From positions 29,707,411-29,771,410 of the forward strand of contig CP154954.1 in the NCBI GenBank assembly GCA_039621445.1: a stretch of DNA of 64,000 nucleotides. Direction: 5' to 3'. Position numbers and translations under genes: made by a program. Under the pieces are notes generated by a model that did no database searches, was not told the DNA's origin, and saw only the letters and a list, made by a program, of their open reading frames with translations. Positions 45,260-59,281 of this stretch are shown here, in pieces. How positions within the stretch are numbered: the stretch's first letter is position 1; each line of letters begins with the position of its first letter. The DNA is from Euglena gracilis (lineage: Eukaryota).

Positions 45260-47830
45260 GGTTTTTTTTTTGCAGAATTACAGTTGGTTGCACTTTTTGT
45301 TGCACCCCTGGGGTTTTGTTGGAACCTCCCTTGGGTTTCCCCAGATTTTCAGTTGGCTATTTTTTGTGTGACCACCCCCTTGGTTTTTTTCAGAACTCCT
45401 GGGTTTTTTTCAGATTTGTGGTTGGTGATTTTGTTGCCGGGACCCTCCCCCTGGGGTTTTTACAGAATCACCGTTGGTAAATTTTTGGACCCCCCAAGGT
45501 TTTTTCAGAATAACGGTTGGGGAGTTTTTGGTCCTGGGCTTTTTCAGAATCAAGGTTGGGAAATTTTTGACCCCTTCTGATTTTTCCAGATCTGTGGTAG
45601 GCAATTTTTTGTTGGCACCCCCCTGTGTTTTTTTTCTTCAGTATTACGGTTGGGAAATTTTGGTCAGACCCCCTGGGTTTTTTCAGATTTACGGTTGGCA
45701 AATTTTGGGCACTTATCTGTCATGGTACGTCGGACCCCCCCCTTCCGGTTATGGTACGACGCCCTTTGGACGGTCAGAGACCCGTACGTTGGGATCCATG
45801 TCGGCCATTTGGGTGGTTTTTGTGGTTGTTTGGTTGTTTGATAGGGGTGGGGTCAGGGTTTGGTGACATGGCCCCGCCTCACCTTTCGCACACACAAGAA
45901 AACCCAAAGGCGGCAGGGGGCACCCAAAACACAAATGGCATCACCATTGGGATTTGTGCCATGATGCCAAAAATTGCCACATTTTGTCGGGGGCGTTCCC
46001 CATGACCCCCCATGACAGAGGGGGTGCAACAGAAATTTATCGACCGTGATTCTGAAAAACCTAGAGGGGGTCCAACAAAAATTTGTCAACCATGATTCTG
46101 AAAAAACAAAGGGGTCCAACAAAAAATTGCCACTGAAAAACCTGGGGGGATCCAACAAAATTTGCCAACGGGTATTCCAACAGAAATGTGTTAAGAAAAA
46201 ACCTGGGGGTCACACTTCTGGGTTCCAACAGGCTTTTATGCTGAAAGAATCCCAGGGGGGTCCAACAAAGTTTGCCAACCCCAGGTGCAACTAAAATTGG
46301 TTCTCATTACTTTGGGTAATGGTGCTATTTTTTGTGTAGGGTTATTGGGAGGAATGGGGTTTGGGTTTGGAGTTGTGTCTTGGTGAAGTTTCAGCCTTTT
46401 TTCGAATTGGGCCAAATTTAGAGGTAAATTGCACTGTTTCTCCATGTTCAGAATGAGAAATCCCCTTTCTGGGGGCAGGAGGGTCGGCGGTCTTCATCTT
46501 TCTTCGCAACGAAATTCACCAACCGCAATTCTGAAAAAAACGGGGGGGGGGCAAAAATTTACCATCTTTTTGCATTCTGCAGAATAAGAGTTGAAGGAAT
46601 TTTTGGTCCCCCCCCCCAGGTTTTCCAGATTTACTGTTAAAAAGTTTTTGTCGGACCCCTCTGGGTTTTTTTCAAAATTACGGTTGACAATATTTTGTTG
46701 GAGCCCAGATTTTTGTTGTTTGTTGGAGCCCAGATTTACGGTTGCCCGATTTTGGTCGGACCCGCCTGGGTTTTTTTCAGAATTGCAGTTGACAATTTTT
46801 TTGTTGGAACCCCCGTTGGCAAATTTTGAACCCCCCTGGGTTTTTCCAGAATTGTGGTTTTTTTTTCAGAATTACGGTTGGTAAATTTCAGTTGCACCCC
46901 CTGGGTTTTCCCAGTTGTTTGTTGTTTGTCTCTGGTTTTTTTCATAATCACGTAAATTTTTTTGTTGGAGTTGGATTGCCGTCCTGGGTTGGCAAGCGTT
47001 GGACCCCCTGGTGTTTTTTCAGAATTGCTTTTGGCAAATTTTTGTTGCAACCCCATTGGTTTTTTCACAATGTGGTTGATTGATAAATTTTTGTTGGACC
47101 CCTACTGGGTTTTTCAGAATCACAGTTGGTTTTTTTCAGAATTACGGCTGGTAAATTTTTGCTGCATCCCCTGGGGTTTCCTAGATTTTCGACTGGCAAT
47201 TTTTTCGACTCCTGGGATTTTTTCAGAATTATGGTTTGAAAATTTTTGTTGGACCCCCCCCCAATGTTTTTTCAGAATTACCACTGGCAAAATTGTGTTG
47301 CCCCCTGGGTTTTTTGCACAAATGCGGTTGCAAAAACTTTGTTGGACCCCCCAACAGTTGGCATCGCCCACGGGTTTTCTTCAGAATTACGGCTGGCAAA
47401 AAGATATTGGACTCCTTGGGTTTTTTTTCAGACAGACGGTTCGCCAGTTTTCGTTGGGAATCACGGCAGACCAATTTTCGTTGGGCCCCCCTATGTTCTT
47501 TCAGATTTCTGGTTGTAAAATTTTTGTTTGAATCCCCCTGGTTTTTTTCAGATTTACGGTTGGCAATTGTTTTGGCACCTGAGTTTTTCAGAATTACCCT
47601 CACCCCCCCCCCTTTCAAAGTGTCCCCCCCCCCAAAGTGGCCAAAAGCTTTTGCAAATTTTAGTTCCCCCCCCCAAAGTGGCCATTTTTCTTTGGTTCAT
47701 TTGGCGCCGAAGGCCAAAATTTGACCCCCCCCCCCAAAGTGTCCCCCCTCCCAGAGTGGCCATTTCAGTACGGTTGACGTGTTTTTGTTGGTCCTCCACT
47801 GTGTTTTCAGAATTACAGTTGTTTTCAAGT
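45260..47830. repeat. Degenerate about 45-bp satellite (TTTTTCAGAATTACGGTTGGCAAATTTTTGTTGGACCCCCCTGGG) with an inverted block at about 46020-46560
   Basis: Recurring motif on +; reverse-complement copies (GGGGTCCAACAAAAATTTG...ATTCTGAAAAAA) in the middle. Confidence 0.85.
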
Positions 47831-50800
47831 TTTTAAGAAGAGTGGCGTTGGTGCTTTCATTTTGATGCTTGGTTAGTTTGCACTTATTTTGGTTCTGCAG
47901 GTTCAATTGAGCAATTTTGAATGCTAGACATGCGGCGATTGTGTCCACCAGTGTTTATTGCATTTCATTGTTGCTTTAACTTGCTTTAACTTGCTTTAAC
48001 TTTTTTGTTTTGATTCTCAATGTGCCAAAAAGAGAAACAGCAGTACAAAAACATAAAAAAAAAAAAAAAAAAATAGGATCAAACGTTTTTCTCGTTGGGA
48101 TTGATCATTTTTCATTTTTCATGCGCATTTTTGCATTCGAAAAACCCGCCGAGGTTTTTTAGAATCAACTGTTAAAAAATAACACATCGGAAATGTCAGG
48201 CTTATTAATCACCTTCCTGAAAATACCCCACCAAAGGGTCCCGCTGTTCGAGAAATCGAAAAAAGTTTCCCATTGAAACAAAAACGCATCTAGAGTCCCA
48301 ATTCTTTGGAAGTACCTTTCCCTGAAGTTTCCACCTTTCACAAATACTTTCGATGAATTCGTCCACCTCAAAACCCACACCTGGCCCACACCAATGCCAA
48401 TGTCAAGAACCACACCAGAAAGAAAGGGCCAAACAAAACCTTTGAATCCCCACACCCTCCGCACATAAGTGCTAGATTTTAATCAAAAATCGCCCGCTTT
48501 GGATCTTTCTCTTTTTAAATTCAACGGCTTCCAAAGCAAAAAGTTAATCCAAACAATGAATCGGATATTGCCGGTTTTTAAGTCGCCGACAGGAGGGGCC
48601 TTAGCTGGCCGGAAACAGGACACATCAAAAACGAAACAAAAAGCGCCAAGTGAGGCCGTGTGCCGGCTTTTTGAACGCAAATGTTTTTTGGGGTGGAAGG
48701 CCGCCGTAATGTCGCAGGCCAAGCTCATCACGCGTTCCGATGCAGCAGCCTTCCCCCCTCTCGGCCATCCCTTGGGGATTTCTGAAAGGCCCTTGAAAAA
48801 GCAGCCAAAAAATAGCGGGCGGGCGGCCTCTCCGAGGGGGAGCTGCGAAAATAGTGGAGCTTTCCCACGGCTCTGCTGTGTCAGTCCATTTGAGGGGGAA
48901 ATTCCTTTTTTTTTGGAACGGTGGATATCAAAAAACAGAAACCAAACCGCCCACTTCGGCAGCGTGGGAACAATAGAGATCCCTAGGATATTACTGTGTT
49001 GAATCAAAAATAAAGATGTGGGCCCTCCCCCTCTCGGTCGGCGCTTTAGTATGCGGTTTTTGGGTCCTGCCAAAATCAGCTGATAAACCAACGCCACCTC
49101 AACCATCTGCAAAAACTCCTTTCCGGTTTCCATATAAGGCAACACTTCAAAGCACTTTGTTGACGGTAACATTGCAACAGCTAAAACTTCGGAATTGTTC
49201 ACAAACGGTTTCTTCGGCAACGTCGTTTTCACGTGCGCACGAATCTTTGGGCCACTCTCTGAATGTTTTGGAGGAGGGAAGCCTTGCTGAAAATGTGAGC
49301 CCTGGTTGGTTGGTGTTTTAGGTGCCGCCCGGGTAGTGTTATTGGGGCTTGGGGGGGCGCCTGAATCCACGGGCGAGTAGCATCAAAAAAATTACACCAC
49401 CACCAAAATTTTCTATTCCACCATCAAAATTTTCCACACCACCATCAAAAAATATCACACCACCACAGAACGGGGGTGTAGTTGGGCAAACAGATGCCCC
49501 ACACAAAGGAAAAATATGTGATGTGAATTCTTAAACAAACCAGTCCGGCTCCGCACTGCGAGATGGTAAGGTCCTCACCATCGTCTTTTGCTTCGCCGTC
49601 TTGGTCCCTTCCTCCCCCTTCCTCTGTCGTGGGACCCGGAGTACCCTGTGATATTTGAATTTGGGTACAACCCACTTTTTAGCAGGAGATGGGGTTCGCA
49701 TTTGGAAGGCCGCAATTAACGGCGATGCAGAATAAAGACCAATCCAATGGTTTGTGGATAGACTTTTTTTTTCAATTCAGACCGACGCCGGATCAAAAAG
49801 CCACTACTTTACTTGTTAAAGCGACCCATACTATACTAAGGAAAGGAGGGCCCAACACTAATCACACCTTCAGCTGAAAAGTCACCTTATGATATGCTGT
49901 GGTATTTTGAATGTTTCGGAACTGGTACATTCAAAATGTAAGTGCAACACCATTTTAGCCTTTGGTCTGCAGATGTGTCATCAAAGTGTTTTTTTCATCA
50001 ACATTGTTCCATCAAATTGTGAATTTCTTCCTCTCTACCATAATTCATCTCCTTCCAAGATCTCACATCACATTTGGAACACGAAGTGACTATTCACTTT
50101 TTGATATTGTTGGAATCCGGGTGATGCATGGTTCCTTCGTCAGTGGGATTCAGAAAGAAGTTGAAGAAAGAAGCCGAAGAAATGAAAGCGAAGTGCTGAG
50201 ATTCAGTGCAACAGCGAAACATTATGGAGGTGAAGTACTTGTACTTGTACTTATTTGTGACCAAAGCCTGTTTGTTTGGTTCCACTGCTCGTGTTTTGCA
50301 AATTTGGAAAGAAGGGTGAAATTCCCTGTGAGCAGTCTCTAGTCTCTGCACGACGTTTGTGAGAGTTTCACAAATTGAAATGCACAGTTGGGCAGCCCTG
50401 CCGTTTGCTTGATCTGATTCTCCAAACCGTTTCTAAACAGTAAAAAAAATGGTTCGAACCATTTTTTTTTGTTGGATCAGAATATTTTTTTATTTGTGTA
50501 TTTCGAAAAATCTTCAACACTTTTTCTCAGTTTCCCCCCTCATCCTTTCTTTTTTAGGGTTTTTTCAAAGAAAACAGCAACACCAAAAACGATGTTGAGG
50601 TTTTGGGTGACAACCTTCTTGAAGAATGGAAAGGAAAGTACACCTAACACCACCCCGTGAGATTTTGTTCACATTGTGGAGAGAAAAGCACCCGGCGCAA
50701 GTGGAAAACCACCAAAAAGTGGCCCAAAAATTTCTGGCAGAGTACTAAAACACCAGGGCAGCTGGAAAATGCTTGCCGTAGCGCGTGGAGCCGTAGGACA

Positions 50801-52689
50801 CCACCCGGAAAACTGTCACGGCACTTTTGCATCCAACCGGATGACTTGAAAAACTTGAAAACCTTGAACAAACAAGGATGGTCTGCATAAAACACGCTGC
50901 AAAGGCTTACAAAAAACAACCAACACCGGAAACTAAAATGGACACCTTGCCCACTGGCAGTGAGATGAGAGACATGAAGGCATCCTTTGAGAGGCTTGGG
51001 AGCTCCTACCGAGGCCTGTGGGCTGCATAAATCATGCCGCGAAGGATTGCTAAAAACAACCACCACCATAAACAAAGATTAGGCGCCTTTCCCAATGATG
51101 GTAAGATGAGATACACACAGGCCCCGTGCCGGTCCCACCCTTGCGCCTGTGGCGCAAGGGTGAGGGGCGGCACGGGGCCCATGCTTCTGCCGTCCCACCT
51201 TGATGCTTAACCCCTTTTTCCTACCCGTTCTTGAAACATTTTTTGTGTTTCTTCCCATCATTGGCGGAGTTTAGAGGCCTGTCAAGCGTTGAGCATCACG
51301 CGTTACACCAATCTTCAGAAATAGTTTATAAAGGTTTATGGAAAGAAAAACTGCAAGTCCAAGTGATAATCTGGGTGAAGGATGATTTGGGTTTGCTAAT
51401 TTGAGCGGGCTCTAAACAGCAAGTCAACCTTTACATTCATGCATTCAAGTAAAAGAAGCAAAAAAACTGTTTTCATCGATAAAACTGAAATACATTGACA
51501 AAATTTTGAATTTCAACCTTCGGGCTCTTGTCGTTCTTTCTTACTAGTCATAGGTTACATCCCGGCGTCAAATCAGTAAACTTTGAGGGAAAAGTTGGGT
51601 GTGAATCTTTTCAGATACATTTTTGGAATGGGAAATGTCTCCTTCGGAGAGGCTCACACCAGTTCCGCACGGAAGATCGGCCCATCAGATATTGTAAATT
51701 TTTCCCGGCTTGTTTGTTTGTCGTTCTATTGTTTGGGCTGACATTCGGTACACGGGCGGCCGCGAACGACAGCGTGGCCATGGTCCATTAGTTTGAGAAT
51801 ATTTCTCCTTTGCTAAACCTTTTCTGCAATTAAAATAAAGGCACAATTGAATGGACAATTTGTTTTGCTGGTTGAAACAGAGGAATGTTGGGTTTGCACT
51901 TTGACCTCATTCTGTGTTGACATTCGAAGGTATGATCCCTGATGTTGGTCCTGTTTTGCTCTTTTGCGGTGTTTGTAAACTCCCGAGAAACTTTTGTTGT
52001 CATGTGCTTTTGAATGCAGCTTTTGCAGCTTTTTGTTTTTGTCATGCGGGTACGTAATCATACCAAATCACCTCCTTATAATTGCATTTATTGTATTCTT
52101 CTGTGTTTTTCAACTTCTCTGTCAAATCCCCAGCGAGAAACCAAGCAACAACGCCATCACAATATATGCACTATTCACTACAACTTTCAATGAAAAGACG
52201 TTGGAGGAACATGAATATGGTGGAGAGGAAGGAGGAGCAACGATGCACATTACGTCATTTGAAAGTGTTGGATTTTTTGTAACATAGCCCCGATTTGTGT
52301 CAATTGCCTTGCTTGCACTTCACCAGTTTGGGCTGTGATAAACAAATGAAATTCATTGTGAACCTGATTTACGTCGTTTTTTTGGAAAATTACTGCAAAA
52401 TTGATTTTAACACGAGTTGCAGGTCACACACACATGCTCTTTTGTTTGGTTTGTTTATCCAAACATTAAATGTTACATAATCTTGCTCTTTGTTCTTTTC
52501 GCAAAAATAATGTTGAGAAAACATTTCTCACTTGGCAAAAGTGTTCTTTTGTTTTCTCCCACCAAAAGGGAACCATTTCGTTCTCCTCTTTTTTTTTGGA
52601 CAGAATGGGAAAAAATTGGCCCTAAAAGGGTAAGGTATGGTTCGGTTGCACGCTTGGGGAGAAACATTCAACTCCTTAATGGTTTGTCA

Positions 52690-52893
52690 TCGCACTACGA
52701 AAAAGTGTTCCTCACACACGTGTATTTTCCTAAATGGTCTAGATTTTCAAAAGGAGGTATCTCGGGGCTGGAGGTTAAAGGTTCGAAATCCTGCTGGCAA
52801 ATTGGGCAGACCATAAGGAATTCTTTGACAACTCCTCACCACAACTGCAAGTGTCCACAACCAATGTCTAAAACCTGCAGGCACATCTTGTGA
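52690..52893 (+). pseudogene. SWIM zinc-finger-like fragment, possible Mutator/MULE transposase remnant
   Basis: NCKCPQPMSKTCRHIL fits CxC-x(n)-CxH; surrounding frames are interrupted by stops. Confidence 0.4.
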
Positions 52894-53501
52894 GCCTCAG
52901 GCGTGTGTTGATATCGTTTGTTGGAAGTAGCGGATCACCATGAGGAGGCTTGGAGGCTTGGGATCCTGAAGTTATGTTGCGGAATTTAGCAAAAATGGCG
53001 GATCCTGAAGCCCACGCCCAGAAAGTACTCCCCGCAACGGGTACACCAAAGAAAGATGAGCAAAAACAAGTTGTGGGCATTTGAAGGAGCCTCACGTCAA
53101 AGAGCAATTGTTGGGGTGGCCCCCAAAAAGTGTTGTGGATACCTGGATACCCCGCACAATGAAGGTATGATGAGAGGCACGATAGTCCCTGCCCCTCCAC
53201 CTACACATGTGGAACTTGGCGCCTGCCTACCCATTTGCTTCTACTTTAGTAAACGGGTTGTTTTAGTTTTTGCTTTTGTTTGTTTTGACGTAAATTTTCT
53301 CCCAAATTTCTGTTTTTTTAGCAACTTTTAAAGAACGTTCGGAGATGCTGTAAAGTCAACACTACACTGATTCAAAACAAAATCAGTGATATCGCCGAAT
53401 GATTCGTGTTCAAGAAGGTAGGGTAGATCCAATTATTCAAGTATTAATTTGAGTCTGTAAACTTTTCATACTCTTGTAGTCCGTTCCTACTCTAGTTTAA
53501 A

Positions 53502-54320
53502 GCGGCGTTTTAGAGACGTCGGGTTCAGGACAGAACCGGCGTCCCCACCCTTTGGTCAAAGGACACTCCCAGGGACCAATCTCGACCACTTATCTGCAAT
53601 GCCACGCCACTTTGCATTTCACCAAATTCCGGCGATCACGAGGGTATTTCTGGCTGTGTCAATCGTCCAAGTACAAACTCACCCCTCAATCGAAAGCTCT
53701 TTCATCAGACGACTGGCGATCACCACCAAATTCAGCCACGCTGCCTGGATCTCTTATTTTCTGTCACTGGGAAATCCTAATTTCACAACTCTGGTGCCCC
53801 TTGGACCCCTCAGGTGTTCGATTCGAAGAGAAAAAACGTTTCTGTAAGGTTTATTCAGCATCTCAAACCAAAAATAACTGAAAATTACCACAAATTTCGA
53901 CTAAGATTCTGGCCGATCCGACGATCGCGAGCGTATCTCGGGCTGCGTGCAATGTTAGGGTACCAAGTTACCCCTCGATCGAAAGCTCTTTTCAACAGAC
54001 GACCAGAGGTGCTCATCAGATCTTTCCACGCTGCACGGTACTCTATATCCAAATCTGAGCCAATTTTCACCAAATTTGGATATCCACCCCAGTGGTCCCT
54101 AGATGGAAAAATTCATTGTCCTAGATGGTTGAAACAGTCATACCAGCACCTTAGGGCCACTTTTGGGCACTTTTGGTGACATTTTTAGGAATGTAAACCG
54201 GACGCCGGGCTTTGGACAAAACCGGCGTTCCTAACGCCGGGCTTTAGGACAGAACCGGCGTCCGGAAAACCCGTGGGGGGGACGCCGGTTCTGTCCTGAA
54301 CCCGGCGTCTCAAACGCCGG
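53502..54320. mobile_element. Non-autonomous TIR element flanked by TTTAAA
   Basis: About 48-bp TIR (GCGGCGTTTTAGAGACGTCGGGTTCAGGACAGAACCGGCGTCCCC / GGGGACGCCGGTTCTGTCCTGAACCCGGCGTCTCAAACGCCGG); TTTAAA at 53496-53501 and 54321-54326; internal diverged duplication about 53620-53755 vs 53915-54045. Confidence 0.85.
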
Positions 54321-54829
54321 TTTAAAGCTTTTCTCAGCACAGGCCAGAGTGCAGAAGCCCCCCCCCCCCTTCCAACACCATTTTTACAACCCTGGCCTGC
54401 CAGCACCCTTAATCCCAGATGTGGCACTGGCATCACCATCATTCCTCCACTGTGCTTTTATGCTTGCATTCTCTTTTGACTCACAAAATCCCCCCCAAAG
54501 AGGGGAAAATTCAGCAAAAAACCCCCACCCACTAACACATGAGGATCATGAATCCCAGCCAGAGACAGCTACAAATGAAAAGAAGCCAGATGCAGCCCAA
54601 CAAAGGTCAACACCACTCCCCAACATCCCCCTGGAAGAGGGGGGGGCAGGCCACATTTCGAATTTTTAAAACTCCAACAAGCCCACCATGTTTGATGGCA
54701 CACAGTGGGCAAAACTGGGCACAGTGATCCTGCAGGAAGAACCTTCCCCCTGTCATTGGGAAGACGCCCCACAGACAACATACTTCCCAGCCTCCTCAAC
54801 CAACACCCCCCTGGAAGGGGTCCCAGTTA

Positions 54830-56430
54830 GGGGTAAGGTAACGGACCTGAAAATTCACACAAATTCACCCTTTTTGCGTAAGATTTCAGAGGCCATTTTC
54901 CAGCAAGTTTCAGTAAGGATTCAGAGTTTTTTGTCTGGGTGGGTTCCGGCTCACTTCTGAGCCTGGCGCCCTCACGGTGGTTAATATTCTACACCCCAGA
55001 ATCGTGATGACCCTTATCCCGGTATTAATGCTAAAGGCTAATGGGTTTGCGGCCTACAATTTTTTCAAAAACCGCCTCACGAAGGGGGTGGAGCTTATTC
55101 AAAACCCCAAAATGCCCAACACCCAAAACGCAGGGGGTGTCGTCCCCGTGACCCCCCCTGTGACCCCCCCCCGTGACCCCCCCGTGACCCGGATTTGAAC
55201 ACCCCCCGATTTTGGGGTCCGCAAACGCACGTGCTTCAATCACAACTGCTTTCAGTATTTTTTTTTCAAATGTCGCGGAAGCCGGAAACATTGAAGAGGA
55301 GGCCATATCCCCCCCGTGGCCCCCCCCCCCCCGCAACCCCCCCATAACCCGGCCCACCCCCGCAGAACACAACCCAAAAAAAAACCAGAACAGTCCAAAG
55401 CCCCAAAACACAGCCCAAAACCCAGATCACAACCAAACCAAAAACCCAAAACCCCAGAACACACCCAAACTAAAAATCCAGCCGAAAAACCCAGAAAACG
55501 GGCCAAAAACCTGGATGACAGCCCAGAAACCCAGAACACAGCCCAAAAACCCAGAACACAGCCCAAAAACCCACCCACAGCCTGAAAACCCAAAACACAA
55601 CCAAAAACCCAGGTGGAAGCCAAAAAACCATCACGCCCCCCAGAAAACCCAGCACAACCCAAAACAGCCAAAAAGCCAGAACACACCCAAAAAACCAAAA
55701 ACACAGCCCCAAAACCCAGAACACAGGCCTAAAACCTGGATGACAGCCCAGAAGCCAACAACACCAGCTCAAACTGGCCCAACATGCGGAAATTGGCCCC
55801 AAGATGTGGCACCAAACTGGTTTTTAAAACTGCCACCCACTCCTCTCGATTCTCAGAATACACTGTACAGAATTCACTTAAACCAGTTTCAAAAACCAAT
55901 CACTGCAAAATCAATCCACAGGACAGGAAAAAAATGGCTTTTAAATCTAATCTTGAGTCAAATGACATGGCATGATACAAAGCAAACAAACACAAACCAG
56001 GTGTTCACAGCTTAATCCGGAACCTGAACACAGGGTTTTTCCACAGGGTAACCCAGAACCTGCTTTAAAAATATTGGGACCTGCTTTAAAGACATTGGGA
56101 TGGACATGATGAACATCTGTACACCACAGGGGGAGAATGAGGTGTCCAGGTCATCCAACAGCCGCGTAGACCTCATCCATGTACCAAAAACCTGTGAAGA
56201 GAACGAGGTGAAAAACCACTCGCAGAATGCCACAGACCTTTGGACGGAGGTGACAACCAGACATGTCGAAACTCTGTGTTCCAGTACGTCAGTAATATCT
56301 TGAGACACTAAACATAATGAGAACCTTGAGTTTCGCACAGGCAACTCACTTTGAAGTGTTCCTGTAAGGGGAAATAGAACAACAACAACACAATCAATTG
56401 GTGTGTTGAGTCATACCAGAAAGGAGGTTT
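54830..56430 (+). repeat. Long dispersed repeat, copy 1
   Basis: Shares GGTAAGGTAAC(G/A)GACCTGAAAATTCAC..., an ACCCAAAA-rich tract and an about 650-bp block (CAGCTCAAACTGG...CATACCAGAAAGGAGG) with 60540-62420. Confidence 0.85.
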
Positions 56431-57199
56431 TTTTTTGAGGGAAGATGGGCACCCAGCAACAACGGTGGTGGGGCGTCCACCGACCAGTGGCACAGCCTAC
56501 TGGATTTTTGTGTTCGGGGGTGTGAGGCTACCCTCACCCCCCCCTAATTGCCCCCCCCCCCTAATTGGCCAATTGGGGGGTCCTTAAGGGAGGTCCATTA
56601 GCCAATTAGGCGGGGGGGTAGCCCAATTGGCCAATGGACGTTCCCTTGGCCAACTTTGGCCAATTTCGGCAAGGGCTCAGAAAACCTCCAAAAACGTCCG
56701 TTTCGAAAATGTTAAAAATTGCCGGATAAGAAAAAGTCATGACAAATCCAAAAATGCACAAAAATCGACCAATTTTGCACACGTCAAAAATTATGGGGTC
56801 GGGGTCCTCGAGCCCCCCCCCCCCCCCCTAAATATCCCCCCCCTAATTGGCCAATTAGGGGGCTGAAGGACCCCGGCCCTTTGCCAAATAGGGGGGGGGG
56901 TGAGGGTATATACAGAGGATCAGACAATCTTTTTTGGGGGGGGCAAGGAGGGGCGGCGGAATGGCGGAGGTTTGGAGAAGTGCGGAGAAACAAGGATCAG
57001 CGGTGCTGGTGCGCGTGTCCGGGGTCAGGAGAGTTAGGGATGGTGAGTGGCGCCAATTCATGGTCGGCATTGTTATGCAATACGGGTTTGCTGATGCACA
57101 TGGGGAATAAAGGGAAATTCCCCCGTGATGTGTGCTGTTGTCGTGGCGTAGTTAAGACCACGGAGTGGTTCTTGGTTGTTCCAAGGGGCATTCTTTGGA

Positions 57200-58100
57200 C
57201 ATCATGACATGGTCCCGATTCGCTGCCCCCTTGGTTGTGCGTGGCGGGCCGTTTCCGGGCCTCCGCTAGTTCAGGAAGTACCGCCGGAGGCGGAGGGGTT
57301 GCTTCGGGACAGTGGAGCCCGAAGGGGTAGCTCATGTGCTGACTGCACCGCCCCGTGTCGCCGAACAATGTTGTTCCGGTGGCAACAAACGAGGTGATGG
57401 CCTCTTGCGTCCAAGGGGTTGTGGCACCGAGGGCACCCGGGACAGGCATTTGAAGGCGAAACAACCGGAGCACCCATGGACCATTGCATCAGGGCCTGGA
57501 ATTCGCTTGTTGGTATGAGCGTCCTTGTGGAGGCTGACGGCGTAACGGAGGCTCAAGCCATAGCATATGGCTTCATCTGACATGCCATTTTCAGTTTATC
57601 GCTACCCGTGAGTGAGTTGTACAGAGCTTGCTGTCGGGCCTTTGCACACTGTTGCCCCCAGAATTTCTGTGCCGTCATTTCTCGGTCCTCAACAGAGGCC
57701 TTTGCAATCGGTGGGAGCTCACATAGGCCCTTGATGGCCTCCACCTGGACGGTAAATTCCGAAGGTAGGGGGTTCATCCCACAGATGGGTGGTAAGTCGA
57801 GGACGCGGTCGCCGCGAACAAGAAAGTCGCCCACCTGGCGGTCGGGCACTCCGTGGTAGGGCCCCGGATGCCCAACCCACCCAACTGGACAGGCAAGGTG
57901 GCCTGGCGCCACTGGTCCTCTTCCAGCGGCCGACCGACAATGATGCTGGCGGTATTCCGCAGGGTTTTGCTTAGCAGCGTGCACTGCATGGTTGCAAGGC
58001 CAATTGGAGTAGTCCAATTGGCCAATTGGAGTAGTCCTCAACAGGTCGTTAACCTTGCGTGCGTCCAGACACAGCCTTAAAATAGTGAACTGGATTGGCA
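57200..58100 (-). pseudogene. C-terminal part (thumb + CCHC knuckle) of a CRE-like retroelement, frameshifted
   Basis: ILRLC...LLRT, QWRQATLPVQLGGLGI, and CPRCHNPLDARGHHLVCC..RRHGAVQ across several frames. Confidence 0.75.
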
Positions 58101-58641
58101 AGAGAATTGGCTCGCCAGCTGGCTTGGGGGGCAGTGGCGGAGCCATCAAGCGACGTGGATCTCACTACCCACACCCCATATGCCACGGAGTCAAATAGGG
58201 TCAGGGCGAACACCATGTAAACACCTGTGGCCGCTTATGCCAAGCCAAGGCAGCATACACCGGCCACCAAGGGCCGGTATTATCGGCTCTGTCCCGTAGA
58301 GACAACATGGTAAACACACCTGAGAGAACGCCGAAAGGTCGGACGAACCCGAAACCTCCATTGAGCACACCGGGGAACAGCCTGCCCCCATCAATGCCAC
58401 GCCTGCTCCCTGCCACCTCACCCCCCCGGACCCTGGCCCCTACATGTCCGATTCCGGGTTCACCTGACCACCTTACCCCTGAACCATGGGCACAGCCCAT
58501 CTGTACATCACCTCACCTCGGAACCTGTCAAATCCAGTAGGCTGTGCCACTGGTCGGTGGATTCGGCTCGCCCCACCACCGGGTCGATTGTTACCTCCTT
58601 GCCGTGCCTTGCCTGCCGTGCGAAAGTTTACCCAAGATGGG

Positions 58642-59281
58642 ATGCCCGGGAAGTTTGGGGTGGGTTGTCCTGACGCCTGTGGCCTGATCGGAATGCGCCT
58701 CCAACACCTCGTGACCAGCCTCCATCATGGAGGCTATGGTGACTGGGGAGTCTTGCAATTGGACTTCAGGAACGCATTCAACCGGATCCGGAGGGATAAC
58801 CTTCTCGAAGCAGCACGGGAACGATGTCCAGAAATGGTGACGTGGTTGGAGACCTGTTATGCAGAACACTCGAGCCTCTTCTTGAGCGACACATCCCTCC
58901 GAAGCCAGTCGGGGGTTCAGCAAGGCGATCCTTGTGGACCGGCTGCCTTTGCCATGGCAATTCAAAGTCTGGTGGAGGAAATCCATGGCGTTTGCGGATG
59001 GCAGGCCTGGTACCTGGACGATGCCCACATCATGGGGACTACACGCCAGCTGGAGGAGGTTGTACATTTGGTCCTTGAAAAGGGACCACCCATTGGTGTT
59101 GACCTGAATATCAACAAATGCACCCTTTGGGGGCCCTTCCAACCCGACCGTTTTCTCTTCCTGGAGGGGACAAGTGTATTGCAACGCATCCCTGTAACTC
59201 CATACATTCCTGGTTCCGGAATCAAGTCCCTCGGGGTTCCAATTTGCCATCCGGAGGACGGGACATTTGCCGAACGTGTGT
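58642..59281 (+). pseudogene. CRE/SLACS-clade-like non-LTR retrotransposon RT core fragment
   Basis: FGVG, LDFRNAFN, GVQQGDPCGP, AWYLDD, LNINKC, LGVPI motifs; truncated at both ends. Confidence 0.85.

Noticed and set aside
48165-49370. Minus-strand ORFs of 295 and 99 aa
   Set aside because: No recognisable motifs, splice signals or host-like codon bias
54940-54965. Spliced-leader RNA gene near the CRE-like element (CACTTCTGAG)
   Set aside because: Only a few bases resemble the Euglena SL; the rest of the leader and the donor are absent
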